DNA of 64,000 nt, taken from Octopus vulgaris (lineage: Eukaryota). The notes under the pieces were generated by a model. That model searched no databases, was not told the DNA's origin, and worked only from the letters and a program-made list of their open reading frames with translations. A program made the translations under genes and the position numbers. This document shows positions 38,828 through 55,615 of this stretch, piece after piece (the stretch's first letter is position 1; every line of letters begins with the position of its first letter). Where the stretch lies: positions 121,892,001 to 121,956,000 of the forward strand of contig OX597819.1 in NCBI GenBank assembly GCA_951406725.2, in the 5' to 3' direction.

Positions 38828-39358
38828 TTTTTTTTTCCTTCTTTCTTCAAATTTTCCTCCATTTCTCGCCGAGTGTTTTCCGTACACCTAGGTCGGAGAA
38901 GCTCATTGTATGCATTCCCAGATTACACACGCAAATTCACAGCTAAAATATGTATTTAAAAATTTAATAAATAAATAAATTCATGAATGGATGTTGTTAT
39001 TCACACCGATAATGCTCTTCTCAATAAATGAGCCGTTCCAGTTAGCACGATTTGTTGCACTTCCTGTAGGAATGGTAAGCCTGGTATCATTTTCAAATAG
39101 GTTTCAATACCTTTTTTTTTTTTATCATTCCTAGATATCCTACAATCACTGGTACTGTAGTCGCCTTGAGATGCCAAATTTTTTCAATTTCTATTAGCAA
39201 GTCTTTATATTTACTGATCTTTCGCCGCTATATTGTGATCGCAAAGAATACTCATGTCAATTAATAAACACACCTTTTCTGTCTGGTCTTTTATAATATC
39301 CGGTTTATTAGCTTTTATAGTTTTGTCGGTATGTACAACATTTTTATTGTTGTTGTTG

Positions 39359-39419
<61 letters not shown>

Positions 39420-39791
39420 GGCCTAATGGTTAGGGTGTTGTACGCAGGATCACGAGATCGCTGTTTCAGTTCCTGGACTAGGTGGTGTGTTGTGTTTTTT
39501 CGGAAAGCACTTCATCTCACGTTGATCTGCAAACGCTTCAACACTTGATGTGTGGTAAGGCGTGCATATGTGGAGACAACGTCGATTTGATGAAGGGAGT
39601 AAACTCTTGATCACTATAACCGAATCATTTGTGCAAATTGTTCGGCAAAGAAACTGAACATCTATACGTCATTTTCGACGGGAAGGTCCATCATCATCAT
39701 CATTATTGTTGTTGTTTTTGTGGCTGTTGCTGCTCATATTGTTGTTGTTATTATTAAGAAGACAAAAACAAAGAAAAAAAAAGTAACTTAC

Positions 39792-40068
39792 TGAATTGTC
39801 CTCCAAAAACCTGACGGTTGCAGTCATCATACTGGCTGTTCTTGCGCACACAAACCTGCTGTGACTGCGAAAACACCGTGCCTTTTCCGCATGCCTGTGC
39901 TGTTGTATATACATAGTTACATGAATAGAACTCACTGCAGTTCTTCGGTGAACGAACGAAATGTGAACCGACTCTTATTTGTGTTATTTTACACAAATTC
40001 GAGATATCTTCACAAAAAACGACTGACACTGCGATCAAGAGAACGGCGGCTGCAACACGAAACTCCAT
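39792..40068 (-). CDS. Gene B exon 1: signal peptide + CBM14 domain 1; CDS join(40068..39792,34209..34030,32504..32503), 152 aa
   Basis: ATG 40068, MEFRVAAAVLLIAVSVVFC, six Cys in the mature part, GSHFVRSP.NCSEFY motif shared with A and C; GTAAGT donor at 39791; 277 nt, phase 1. Confidence 0.92.
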
Positions 40069-40129
40069 AATTTTTTATACACTGTAAAATCGGATAATCA
40101 AAATAAATTGCTTGCAATAACTCTATCAC

Positions 40130-40340
40130 AACAGACTGGTAATCTCTCTATTTCTGACTGAGTTGCTTGAAAAAATGTCTCTTATATAGTAACTTGCAGT
40201 GGTATGATACCAATCAGGTTTAGGGCTTGGGGAATTACTAGAGTTCATGTTTAATTGACTCAGAATTTGGTCACTGTTCTAGAAGCAAAATGACCTCCAC
40301 CCAACTGCTACACAACCTTGCTAGACAACTTGTGTTATCG
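40130..40340 (-). promoter_or_regulatory. Gene B proximal promoter, TATATAAG at 40188-40181, Inr-like TCAGT near 40160
   Basis: Same motif order and spacing as A and C. Confidence 0.65.
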
Positions 40341-40377
40341 GACTTCTTCGTCATGATGTTGTTGTTCTTGTTGTTGC

Positions 40378-40411
<34 letters not shown>

Positions 40412-40719
40412 CTTCTTCTTCTTCTTCTTCTTTATCTTTCTTTTTTTCTTCTTCCGTCGTAGTTCTTTCTTTGCTTTTATTGTTCTCTTAAACTTTGTCA
40501 CACTTTTGTCAAAATCGAGTTTTACTTGTGGTCGATAAAAAGAGTGTATACATACGTGCATACATACAAACATTCATGTCTATTATACACACATGCACAT
40601 GTACATATTTACATTCATACAAACGTACATACACATACGTATGCTTAAGCGTCCGCGTGCCTGCGTTTATGCCCAAACAACACCAATACACACACACACA
40701 CACACATACGTATGTATGC

Positions 40720-40767
<48 letters not shown>

Positions 40768-41447
40768 TGTGTGTGTGTGCATTGATTCTGTACACCCAGA
40801 AAGTCCACTTTACATATGAAAATTGGTATTTCTGAAAAGAACGCCCTTACGTATACATAGAAACAAAAACGTTGTCTGTCATCTAGAAGCTCAGATAGTT
40901 AAATTGTCAGGAAGAAAGACGCAAAATCCTGTAATCAAACCTGTTTCATGTATTCGGTGCCAGAGTGGGCCTCGAAGCGTTTTGTGTGGGTGCGCTAATT
41001 TGCAATAATTATAGAGTTAATTATAGAAGTGTTACAATTTAACTAATTTTAGAATTTAACTATTTCAAATTCAACTAATTTTGGATCGTCTTGAAAACGT
41101 TGTGTCAACATGTATTTTCGGATGTATTTGTTTGAATGAGGTTCTTTGTATATATATATATATATATGGCCCAGTGGTTAGGGCAGCGGACTCGCGCGGT
41201 CGTAGGATCGCGGTTTTGAATCCTAAACCGAGCGCGTTGTGAGTGTTTATTGAGCGAAAACACCTAAAAGCTCCACGAGGCTCCGGCAGGGGGGTGGGGG
41301 TGGCGATCCCTGCTGTACTCTTTCTTCTGTTGGCTTGCTCGCTTAGCTAGCGGGATGGCGTCATTTCAAGGTTAAAACAATGCGAAGCGCATTGAGACAA
41401 GCGATGTGTAGCAACATCTGATAGCCTGGTCGGTCACGGTGATCACG

Positions 41448-41501
<54 letters not shown>

Positions 41502-41506
41502 GAGTG

Positions 41507-41560
<54 letters not shown>

Positions 41561-41561
<1 letters not shown>

Positions 41562-41930
41562 TAGCAGTATCGCCCGGCGTTGCTCGGGTTTGTAAGGGAA
41601 ATAACTATAAAGCATTTTTAGAGAGTTATAGCCAAAAAATGGAAAAAAAATTATGGTAAATTTTTTTTAGTTAAAAAGGTCGAGTTGCGTCCCCTAGACA
41701 GTCTGTTGTTTGTGTTTCTGATTCTCGACCCCATGTCGAATTTATCGATTTTTTTCAGAACTGGGGGAACTTTTCAAAATTTTCGCTGCGTTAGTTTTGA
41801 ATTATGACATTGGGCTATGTGTGTGTCAAGTTTCATCAGAATCGGTTGAAAGCCGTGGTCAGGGTGAGGGTACAACCTAACAGACACACAGAAACACACA
41901 CAGACAAACTGCCGTTTATATATAGAGAGA
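41561..41930 (-). mobile_element. Non-autonomous Helitron-like element
   Basis: 5' TC..TATATATAAA, 3' CCCGAGCAACGCCGGG hairpin then CTAG, inserted between A and T. Confidence 0.72.
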
Positions 41931-42445
41931 TACATAAAACATATATACATGTCTGTGCAAATGTATATGTATATATATATATATACACATACGCCATTTA
42001 AATTTGTTAATGGTAATGTTTTGAATATGCAAATAAATCTCCTTTTCCATTCTTCCGGCCACAGTCTAATGATGCTGACTCGTGAGTCAATGTTTCGGGG
42101 TTGCATCAAAATAGACCGATATAATGTAAGATAAGTACGATAATATAATGATATTGCAGGATAAATGTACGATAGATATAATAATATAGTAATATTATAT
42201 TATATATCCTTTTATTGTATTTCAGAAATTATAGGAGCAGCTGTCTTTGAAGACTCGCATTGTCATTGAATGCTCGAAATGAGGAGTAGATAGACAGCCG
42301 GCAACTGATGAAGAGACTTTTCTCTGTGTTAACTTGTAGTGTTTTCCATTTTTTTTTTTCGTTTTTTACATAGTACCCTCGTTTTATTTTATGTATTTCA
42401 TTTTATTTGTTCCGGTGGTGACGTCCTGTACCCATATATGCATGT

Positions 42446-42490
<45 letters not shown>

Positions 42491-42897
42491 TATTTAAATT
42501 GAACACGATGCATCTATTTCCAAGTAAGTTTATCTTCCCCTTTTTAATGCCACTCTTTACTCTATACTGTTTTCTTCCCCCATCTTTCTCTAATTCCCTT
42601 TTCTCCCCTCCCTCATTTACCATTTTCTCTCTCTCTCTCTCTCTGAGAGTAGGTAGACAGTCGACAACTGATGAAGGGTCCTTTCTGTGTTAACTTGTCC
42701 TGTTTTCCGTTTTTCTAGTTGTTTACGTATTTCACTCGTTTTCCCCTTCTTTGTGATGTATTTCATGCTATGTACATCGTTGGTGACGTCCTGTACCCAT
42801 ATATATATGATTTTGATTTTGATTTGATTTTTCCAGTTTCAGCTAATGAGCTGTGGCCATGCTGGGGCACCGTCATTAAAAGAAAAATTAGTTTATT

Positions 42898-42970
42898 AGG
42901 TTCTACCGAGATTTGAACTCGGATCGCTGGATTCAAAGTCCAGAGTGCTAACCATTACACCAAAAGAACC
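42898..42970 (-). tRNA. tRNA-Gln (anticodon TTG), variant at the acceptor-stem base; possibly a pseudogene
   Basis: Reverse strand reads GGTTCTTTTGGTGTAATGGTTAGCACTCTGGACTTTGAATCCAGCGATCCGAGTTCAAATCTCGGTAGAACCT, matching the metazoan tRNA-Gln pattern except TTTT in place of TAT near the 5' end; T5 Pol III terminator ~10 nt downstream. Confidence 0.88.
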
Positions 42971-43300
42971 TCATTTGTTGTACTGTTTATTAGTCGTAAG
43001 ATACCCGCTGTTTTTGTCCTGTTTTTACCATTATTGTTTTTTGTATTTTATATTCGTGTGGCATCGTCCGTTTTTCGGTCCCTGTTTCGTATACATTCGA
43101 TCCTTCTTCCAAGAAATCTAATGCTCGTAGCTTAGTTTTTCCTTGGGGCTGGCCAGATCGGAGCGATCTCAAAATTAATCAGCCGTGATTGCTAGGATGA
43201 TCCGGTTCTTGACTGAAGATTGAAGGCTTCGAATGTCCCGTCCGTGTTTTTTGTATCGTCTTCTAAATGTTTTACGTTCTTGTCCCAGTTTGTATTTTTC

Positions 43301-43358
<58 letters not shown>

Positions 43359-46300
43359 TCTAATTATTCGATATTGTGACAATTACAGAAGCTCAGATTA
43401 AGCCGCTTACCAGACATGTTCATCTCCGAAATAGTTTCATAGGTATTCTTGCAGTTTAGCCGACAGCATCATGTCCACCTAGTACTTGACTGGTACTTTA
43501 TTTCCTCATTGGCCAATGCGGAATAGAACCGAAAAGGTGTAAGTATATGAATGAAATATAGAAAAATAATTTGCAAGATGCATTACTTGTATTTTACGTA
43601 AGGGATGCAGCATGAAGCTTGTCTGAAATTGCTATAGTGATGGACAAATATTTACTCTTTTACTCTTATACTTGTTTCAGTCATTTGACTGCGGCCATGC
43701 TGGAGCACCGCCTTTAGTCGAGCAAATCGACCCCAGGATTTATTCCTTGTAAGCCTAGTACTTATTCTATCGGTCTATTTTACCGAACCGCTAAGTTACG
43801 TGGACGCAAACACACCAGCATCGGTTGTCAAGCGATGTTGGGGGGACAAACAGATACACAATCATATACACAATCATATACACACACATACACACATATA
43901 TATATATATATATACATATATACGACGGGCTTCTTTCAGTTTTCGCCTACAAAATCCACTCACAATGCTTTGGTCGGCCCGAGGCTATAGTAGAAGACAC
44001 TTATGAAGGCGGCGAGCTGGCAGACACGTTAGCGCACCGGGCGGAATGCTTAGCGGTATTTCGTCTGTCGTTACGTTCTGAGCTCAAATTCCGCCGAGAT
44101 CGACTTTGCCTTTCATCCTTTCGGGGTCGATAAATAAAAGTACCAGTTTCGCACTGGGGTCGATGTAATCGACTTAATCCGTTTGTTTGTCCTTGTTCGT
44201 CCTCTCTATGTTTAGCCCCTTGTGGGTAGTAAAGAAATATATAGTAGAAGACACTTGCCCAAGCTGCCACGCTGTGGTAACATTTGGTAACGCAGTGAAA
44301 CGAGTTGTCCGAGAATATTATCTCCATAAGTTTCCCAATAAGAAATATATTTGACACTTATAATGTTTATTCATTCAGAAATTAAACAATAACGCTTGCA
44401 AATGTCTTCCTGACTTACGATTTCTAACACCATTGTGGATACGGTTATGAACTTCGTATTTGTTTTAAAAATTTCCATGGTCCATCGTTGATATCAAAAC
44501 TTATTGTTGTGTGACAATTTCTGGAGCTCACATTTCGGAACATTTTAATATGCGATAGAGCCGCCATGATTTTAATCAATGCGCTCTGCCAATTAGTAAA
44601 ATTTCCAATGCTAAAACTATAATCTGTGTTCAAGGATGCACAAAAAATGCCAGCAACAGTAACAGAAAATAACCACGAAAAGAAGTACAAATTGTAACCG
44701 ATATCGTTAACAGAAGGCGGCGAGCTAGCAGAATCGTTAGCACGTCGGGCGAAATGCTTAGCGGTATTTCGGCTGCGTTACGTTCTGAGTTCAAATTCCG
44801 CCGAGGTCGACTTTGCCTTTCATCCTTTCGGGGTCGATAAATTAAGTACCAGTTACGCACTGGGGTCGATGTAATCGACTTAATACCTATGTCTGTCCTT
44901 GTTTGTCCCCTCTATGTTTAACCCCTTGTGGGTAATAAAGAAATAGATATCGTTAACAGGGTAAGGTCATCTGTCATGCGTAGATACTTCGAAATAAAAA
45001 AAATAGCCTACGTCTATTGGTATACGTGTTATTCTGCTGCTCATTCAGTGCCAAGAGATAATTAATAACGATGTGACATAAGCTTCTTGACCCTTTGTGT
45101 TGCGCCGTTGCATTGTTGTTGCAGATGTGTTTTAATTTGGGAAGCCATACTACAGGAGATCCCGTTTTAACAGAATCGCTATTGCAGAAAATCTGAGGTT
45201 TCTAAAGGACTTTTTAAATTCTTAAGGATAATGAATTACAATTTCCCGATTCTCTCCAATGCTATATAACAGAGTATCTCAACCATTATTTACTTATACA
45301 CTCCTTTGGTTCCTGTTTTACTCGATGGAGCCCCCAAAGTGATTCGATGTTTAAAAAATCCAATTCTATTTTTAGATTTACATATTATTAGATATTGTAT
45401 GAAAAAATTGCTAAAATATTTTGCGTATTGTAGAAATATAACAAATTTATGTCAGGTAAATTTTAACAAAAATCTTACAGGGATCTCCAAGGGCCATATA
45501 AATCCCGGTTGAGAAGACCTGCTTTACAGCTACAGCAACTTCTTTGAAGTTCATGTAATGACTGTTAGAAGGTGCTGATGCACACAGTGTCTGTAACTGA
45601 TGAAGAATAACGACACAGAAAGACGCAGCTTACAATCGGATGCGGTCCTTAATAGCCCAGCTCGTTGTTTTCCACACACATAACCCGTAAGAAATTCTTT
45701 TCTAAAGCAGTTTCTTCAAATAAGGTTTATCCACGAAACTACAAGAACGCGTTAAATATAATTATACGCAGCTTTATTTTGGTCAAATATATCTTGCCGG
45801 TTCCTCCATACCATTTCGCCTAGTTAAATATTATCAACTGTTTGATCTTTGTTTAAGCTTTTCTACCCCAACTCATACTCGTGGACTTATCGTCACTTTT
45901 CTTGAATGTCCATTAGCTGTTTGCAAAAGCATAAAAAAGATCAGTCGCCTTAAAGTTGCAGTTTTAGCCCATATTACTACAGCTGCAATTTAACAGAGAC
46001 GCACTGCATGATAAAGCGATAGAATTTCGGTTTTTGTAAAAATATTTTGGGATGTTGACCCTAAAAGTTTTACGAAATACGTCTACATACTGCTACATAG
46101 TTAATATAAACTGAGAAATTCAAGTGGGATTTTTTTGTGACTACGTTGGTCCAGAAGATCTAAATGCTGTAAAATCTGGGTAAAGTATGTCAAAATGGTA
46201 AGAAGGAGAAAATTACTCGATAAAATTCCAACTCCAATCAACTGTTTTCTAAAAACTGATGCTGCCGAACAAAATACGATTGGTCTCTTTCGTTGCTGGT

Positions 46301-47304
46301 CGACAGTATTTCAGAGACAGCAACTTAACTACTTCTGCAGTTCCTCGGTTGTTTCTAGAAGTAAGTGCCGAGCTCCAAATGCCTCTAACAATTTTCCACT
46401 CAAGGATACGCTAAGAAGGAAAGACAAATCGATACGTTCGTACCTTTGACGGAGCGGCAAGGGTTGCCAGGTAATTGTTTATTATAACAATGCATATATG
46501 CCTTAAGGTTCTTCTCTATGGACACTTCGTAGAGTGAACTCTATTAGAATTTACTCTTTTACTTGTTTCAGTCATTTGACTGCGGCCATGATGGAGCAAC
46601 GCCTTTAGTCGAGCAAATCGACCACACTACTTATTCTTTGTAAGCCTAGTACTTATTCTATTGGTCTCTTTTGCCGAACGGCTAAGTTACGGGGACGTAA
46701 ACACACCAGCATCGGTTGTCAAGCGATGTTGTGGGGACAAATACAGACATACAAACACACACACACACAAATATATATATACATAAACATATATAGGACG
46801 GGCTTCTTTCAGTTTCCGTCTACCAAATCCACTCCCAAGGATTTGGTCGACCCGAGGCTATACTAGAAGACACTTGCCCAAGGTGGCACGCAATGTGACT
46901 GAAAACGGAACCATGTTGTTGGTAAGCAAGCTACTTACCACACAACCACATTCCCAATAAACTACAGCCACATCCCGTGGGCATTTTTTTGTTTTGAGCC
47001 AGTTTCCATCGCTCATCCTTCAAACATGTTTTGGTCGGGTGCAATAAGTGCCATGAGACAGGAGTTATGACGATGCAGAATTTTATAGAATTACCTTCTC
47101 AATGAAGGGCACAGCTAAAAAACTGAAGAGCACCATCAGCGCTTGGTTCCGTTGTTGTAACTGTGAGTGATCTTCTGGAGACAGAATATACAGTAAAATG
47201 TTTATATATTTGAATTTCTATATAGTCTGCTCACTCTATTGATAAATAAATAAATCAATAAGCTAATAAAAAGACAAAACAATGGTTGTTATTTTAAGAA
47301 AACT

Positions 47305-47412
47305 TTTATTCTTTACAAATTTGCAATTCTAATGATCATCAGTTTTTTGAAAGTTGTATTGATTCACGAAAACAACGTCAGGATTGATAATTACTGTGGC
47401 GGGAAGCTATTT
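47305..47412 (-). other. Gene C terminal exon: last 2 nt of TAA stop + 3'UTR with AATAAA (47310-47305)
   Basis: GTTTTTCTATTGCAG|AAATAG acceptor at 47413/47412; AATAAA ~100 nt downstream as in A and B. Confidence 0.72.
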
Positions 47413-47652
47413 CTGCAATAGAAAAACATGAAAGAATTCAATTAATTCATACGAAAAATGTAAGGAAAAATCGGGTTTAGTAAATATATAAGATATATTA
47501 CTTGCAGACACATTCGTGACTGTGTGGTAATAAGGTTACTCAAAAGCCACATAGTTCTGGATTTAGTCAAGAGCAAGTGTCTTCTAGTACAGCTTCTAAC
47601 CGACTAAAACCTTGAGTGGATTTGATAGACGGAAGCTGAAAGAAGCATGTCG

Positions 47653-47694
<42 letters not shown>

Positions 47695-47728
47695 TATATA
47701 TATATATAATATAATGATGATGATGATG

Positions 47729-47804
<76 letters not shown>

Positions 47805-47942
47805 GGATGTGATTTGTTGTAATGCTCTGATGGTTATCCATACAATAACCATCAGAGCATCACAACAAATCACAGCACATACCCAAGGCACACGGAGCTG
47901 CGCTCGGTAGGGGGATGAAAGCACGCTATGAAAATAAAACTA

Positions 47943-48112
<170 letters not shown>

Positions 48113-49667
48113 TATGAGGGAAAATTATTCCAAACTTACAGGGAAAAATTCAATTTAGAAATACCAAATCAAATTTCACAAAATATAATATATATATATA
48201 TAAATTAGAAAAAATCACCTTTTATCAATTCAATAATGAAAAATTAAATTATACCATCTAGAAAATTACATATTATAGAAAGATTAAATATATTTAATCT
48301 TTCTATAATATATATATATATATCGTTGCTATTATGCAAAAGTGTCGCAAGTTCAAAACAATACGTTTTCAGAAAACGAGTAAATAGTTTCACCATTCAA
48401 TTACTTTTTACATCAGCAACAGTTTCATCCTAACAATAATACATTTTTGGCCGCATAAAATCGTAACTCCATGCATGTATGATATTTTCAGTAAGAAATA
48501 TTTCTGCAAAACTGTCGTATGTGGAACTTACTACACTTTTGATAAATACTTAACCGTTGTACTAAACTTTGACAATTTTCATATATTAGACGCAAAATGA
48601 AATATTGAAAAAAAAAACCAAACAAAAAAACGCATCTGGCCAAATTTGGACATACGACAGTTTAACATACTTGCAAAGAAATATATATATATACATATAT
48701 ATGTATGTATAATTGGTTAAAGAAGCCAACAAACTTTTAGGCAAGGCAAACATCTCGAGTCATATACATTGATATTATTGTAAAATATATATATTCTTTT
48801 ATTGTTTTATTCTTTTACTTGTTTCAGCCATTTGACTGCGGCCATGCTGGAACACTGCTCTTAGTCGAGCAAATCGAGCCCAGGATTTATTCTTCGTAAG
48901 CCTAGAACTTATTCTATCGGTCAGTTTTGCCGAACCACTATATTATGGGGGACGTAAACACACCGCCATCTCTTATCAATCGATATTGGGAGAGGGGAGA
49001 AACACAGACACACAAAGATATGCACACATAGATACATATATACAAATATATGTATATGCGACGGGCTTCTTTCAGTTTCCGTTTACCAAATCCACATGCA
49101 ATATATTTAACGATTCCGTACTGTTAATGCTTACCACTCGCTCAGAGATTTAATATAGCCTGGATATATATATATATATGTGCGTGTGTGTGTGTGTGTA
49201 TGTGTGTGTGTGTTTGTGTGCGTGTGTGTGTGTATGTGTGCGTTTGTGTGCTTATGCGTGCATATTTACACGCGTGCACGCACGCATTTTTCTGTTTGCA
49301 TTCCTCCTCACCGCAACATAACCAAATTTTACATCTGCGGCTGGGCCAAAGGGAACGATAGAAAAATTTACAAAACTTTGAAAAATCAAATACAGTGCTC
49401 AGTGTTCGACTAACACCTTTCAAGGTGCTGTCCCAATATGGCCATAGTGAAATATGTAAAACATGTAAAATATAGGCGTAGGAGTGGCTGTGTGGTAAGT
49501 AGCTTGCTTAGAACCACATGGTCCCGGGTTCTTTCTCACTGCGTGGAATCTTGGGCAATTGCCTTCTACAATAGCCTCGGGCTGACCAAATCCTTGTGAG
49601 TGGATTTGGTAGACGAAAACTGAAAGAAGCCCGTCGTATATATGTATATATATATATGCATATATAT

Positions 49668-49730
<63 letters not shown>

Positions 49731-50563
49731 CATTGCATATATAAGGTAAAGAATTATTAATTTAATGATTAATAAATTTTACCAAGTACTTTCGGTGTCG
49801 AAAAGAACCATATTCGGTAAAAACTTATACAAGAAGTTTATTTTATATATAATTATAACAATAATTAAGGGTTTAGCAACAAGTTGCTTCACCACATAAA
49901 TTTTTGGTATGTAGTGAAGCAACTGTGTTTGTCACCCCACCAACATCGCTTGACAACCGATGCTAGTGTGTTTACGTCCCTGTAACTTAGCGGTTCGGCA
50001 AAAGAGCCCGATAGAATAAGTAACTTTAAACGATTAAAAATTAACAATGACTATCATATAGATGAGATTTGAAATGAATTCATTGCTAAAATCAATGTTT
50101 AACACGAGGGAAATGCATCCAACACCAGAGTAGTACCTTTGCGTGATTCCGCTCACTTGGTGCCAGTTACTCCCAGCTTTCTCTCAATATGCTTCCGACT
50201 TTTTTCTGAATTTTTCACGTGACCAGTACCTCTTCCCCAACCTGATCTTACTGCTGAGGTGGTAACTAAAAAAGTTGACCAACTCCTGACCAGATACGAA
50301 TGTACCCGTTACAATCCCTTTCAACCGCGTCTTCCATAATATTTCTTTCAATATGGCCACCACGCAGAAAAAATAGGCCATCCTCTCCTCGCTAAGGGAA
50401 GGAGGCAGCACAATCTCGATGATGGACTCAGCTGATAGCTGTACTCTACCCTAACGGTTTTCCATTACTATGCCCACCAGAAACCTAGAAAATTCCATAA
50501 CGCGTTATTTTAGAAACTCCACTGCTAGAGAAAGATATAGAATGAATTATAAAATTAACTTAC

Positions 50564-50743
50564 ATTGGAATTTACAATCTGCCTCAGCTTCCGTGGTGCA
50601 TCTCTGCTTATAGACGCTAAAGAAAAGACCAGCTTGGCATGCCATTGAAGGATATGAGGTTTTATTGTAGCAAGGAATGAACCGGTGGCAACTATTAGGG
50701 TCACGGTTAAGTCCATTTGGGCGTCGGTTACAGAGAGGATCAT
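50564..50743 (-). CDS. Gene C exon 2: CBM14 domain 2 (DPLCNRRPNGLNRDPNSCHRFIPCYNKTSYPSMACQAGLFFSVYKQRCTTEAEADCKFQ)
   Basis: TTTGATTTTAG acceptor ending 50744, GTAAGT donor at 50563, 180 nt, six Cys. Confidence 0.92.
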
Positions 50744-50857
50744 CTAAAATCAAAAAATTCATACAAGATTTCAATAAGTGCTCCAGAACCATTTATTTTA
50801 TATATTTCTTGTGCTTGTCACACTCAGTCTTATTCAAAAACAATGCGCACATATAGA

Positions 50858-50965
<108 letters not shown>

Positions 50966-50998
50966 TAATCAAAATAAACAACAGGATATCAGGTGGTG

Positions 50999-52635
50999 AT
51001 GTAGTACGACCGTTTCAAGCGACTCTATTTAATTGAACATTGCAATCATTATTACATCAATTTAAATGCAGTGTCATCTTCAGCTGTAAAAATGAATAAA
51101 TAGAATTTCAACCTGTAGGACACATTTAATATAATTTTTCTGAAATATTTTAACAAAGCAAGAAGATTGAAGAAATTTATGTCGCTATTGTAGCTATGAA
51201 TAGACTACACATCTTAGAATCGCATGAAGCCTATTGGAGTCATAGTGTTGTAAGGGATTTTTATTCATTTCTATTTCATTTATCTCTTTATGAACTACTA
51301 AATCTAAGACTAGAAGACTGTGTTTATTTTGAATTAAAGACAAGAGTGAGTTGACTGATCATGGCTAGGTATGATTATAAATATTATCATATGTATTCCT
51401 TTTCCTCAGGGAGGAAAAAAGATATAGGAATAGTCAATTGGATATAAGTAACTGTCTATAAAAAGAGGCTGTGTAGGGGAGGACTTTAAATCATAATGTT
51501 AAACACTAAGAAACCTAAAATGTTAATTCAGAGGAAATTTCATTTTGGGGCATTATGGGTGTTTGTTTATAAAGAATATTGTTATGCTGTATAAAAATAA
51601 AACATAAGATTTCCAAAAATGATATCGCAACCAAAATGGGTAAAACGCGTGTATATATCAATTATAAACATTAAAAAGGAAAAATTGCATAGAAACAGTT
51701 CAATATTCATTCTTGTACTTAATTACTTATTTCATGGTTTCTATAAAGACTGTTCCGGGCATTTACTTATGGAATAACTGGAAAGATATGCATGCTATCT
51801 ACTAATTTTAAGCCATAAATTAGCAAAACGTAAAGTTGCATACAGATACACACACATTTGTATATGTGCATATATGCATATATACACATACACAAATATT
51901 TATATGTTTATATGGATATAATATGGAGCACTCCGTCGGTTACGACGATGAGGGTCCCAGCTGATACGATCAACGGAACAGCTTGCTCGTGGAATTAACG
52001 TGCAAGTGGCTGAGCATTCCACAGACACGTATACCCTTAACGTAGTTCTCGAGGAGATTCAGCGTGACACAGGGTGTGACAAGGCTGGCCCTTTGAAATA
52101 CAGGTACAACAGAAACAGGAAGAAAGAGTGAGAGAAAGTTGTGGTGAAAGAGCACAGCAGGGTTCACCACCACCCCCTGCAGGAGCTTTGTGAAGCTTTA
52201 GGTGTTTTCGCTCAATAAACACTCACATATAATATAACCATCTGGCATAGACTTAAGTAACTGAAGAATATCTAAGAACAAGAAAAGTAACAATTTTATA
52301 AGAGATAAGAGGTTAATAAGTAAGGATATGGAAATAAAACAAAATACTAAGAACTTATAGAAAATAATCAGAAATACATATAACCTACATTTAAGAAGAC
52401 AGGGGATTAAAACTTGAAGTAGGAAAGAGATAAAGGTAACCCGAGAAGAGGGGCTAATGGGTATGGAAGTAGTGAGGGCAATTAAAGGTATTCAGACCGA
52501 AGAGATTTTATAAGTTGTAATGTAGTACGACCGTTTCAAGCGACTCTATTTAATTGAACATTGCAATCATTAGTACATCAATTTAAATGCAGTGTCATCA
52601 TCAGCTGTAAAAATGAATAAATAGAATTTCAACCT
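50999..52635. repeat. 116-bp direct repeats 1521 bp apart, each with a hammerhead-like core on the minus strand
   Basis: 50999-51114 vs 52520-52635, about two differences. Confidence 0.9.
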
Positions 52636-52639
52636 TCTG

Positions 52640-53459
52640 TTCTCTCTACGCCGTCCGTCACACTACCTCTTTCGCCACAGCCACACGGCAGAGGAAAGCT
52701 ACCTGTCCTTCCCAGCTAACAGCAGGTGGCGCTGCGATCTTCTAGATGGAATCGGCCGATAACCAGATGCGTCCTACAGGCGTCAACAGTTGTCGGCAAA
52801 GCTCCACAAGTCACTAATGTCCGGATAATACATGAATGTATGCAGAACGGTTTCATCGCCCTACGCCACTTCGGACAGGTCTGTGTGAAAGTATTTCCGC
52901 GCCAGTAAAGCTTTTTTCGAACTGGCCCTGCAGCCACCCCCGCCGGTAGCGCTACCAAGCCAGAGATTTCTGGAAATTACCCATAGGCCCCGACTTCTCC
53001 TGGTTAACATTTGCACCTTTCAATGCTTTGCATTCCCTTAAGATAGTGCCGATCAATTCGATTTCCGAGATGTCCTACACTCGGCATCCTAGTTCACGTT
53101 GGTTGCCACTCGAAACATCCAGCTTTTGTAGTAATGGGTCGAGAGTCAGCACGTACAGAAGAGGTGAGAGTGGGCATCCTTGACGGAACGATCGAGCGAT
53201 TCTAAACGATTCCGATAAGTGGCCATTCACTTTGACTATCGAACAGTACATTGCAGTGATCCAGCATCTGAAAACGGGACGGAAGCCGACTGCCTCACCG
53301 ACAGTATCCAGGAATTGACGGTAAACGCAGTCAAAAAGCTTTTGATTGATCCAAATTGAAGAGCGTCCCACCTATGCCAGGTTCCTTATCGACTTTCACT
53401 ATGATGTAACGTTTGAGGTGGAGGTTGCAGTGGATAGATCTGTTTGGGATAGCGCATGT

Positions 53460-53465
<6 letters not shown>
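52640..53465 (-). mobile_element. Tx1/L1-clade LINE RT fragment
   Basis: VKVNGHLSESFRIARSFRQGCPLSPLLYVL. Confidence 0.75.

Positions 53466-55615
<2,150 letters not shown>

Noticed and set aside
40069-40095. TTTTACAG acceptor-like site just upstream of gene B ATG (5'UTR intron)
   Set aside because: AG is not conserved in A or C, and a conserved TATA lies ~110-120 nt upstream in all three
42239-42330. GCTGTCT..TTGAAGA..GAAA..AGACAGC and adjacent CTGATGAAG motifs (also 29361, 42668, 43213)
   Set aside because: Partial hammerhead relics lacking a complete core, stem II or cleavage triplet
45597-45625. CTGATGA followed by GAAA
   Set aside because: No stem II or stem I pairing; chance match
48509-48663. 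14-bp inverted repeats AAACTGTCGTATGT around ~130 bp
   Set aside because: Possibly a small MITE, but single copy here and no clear target duplication
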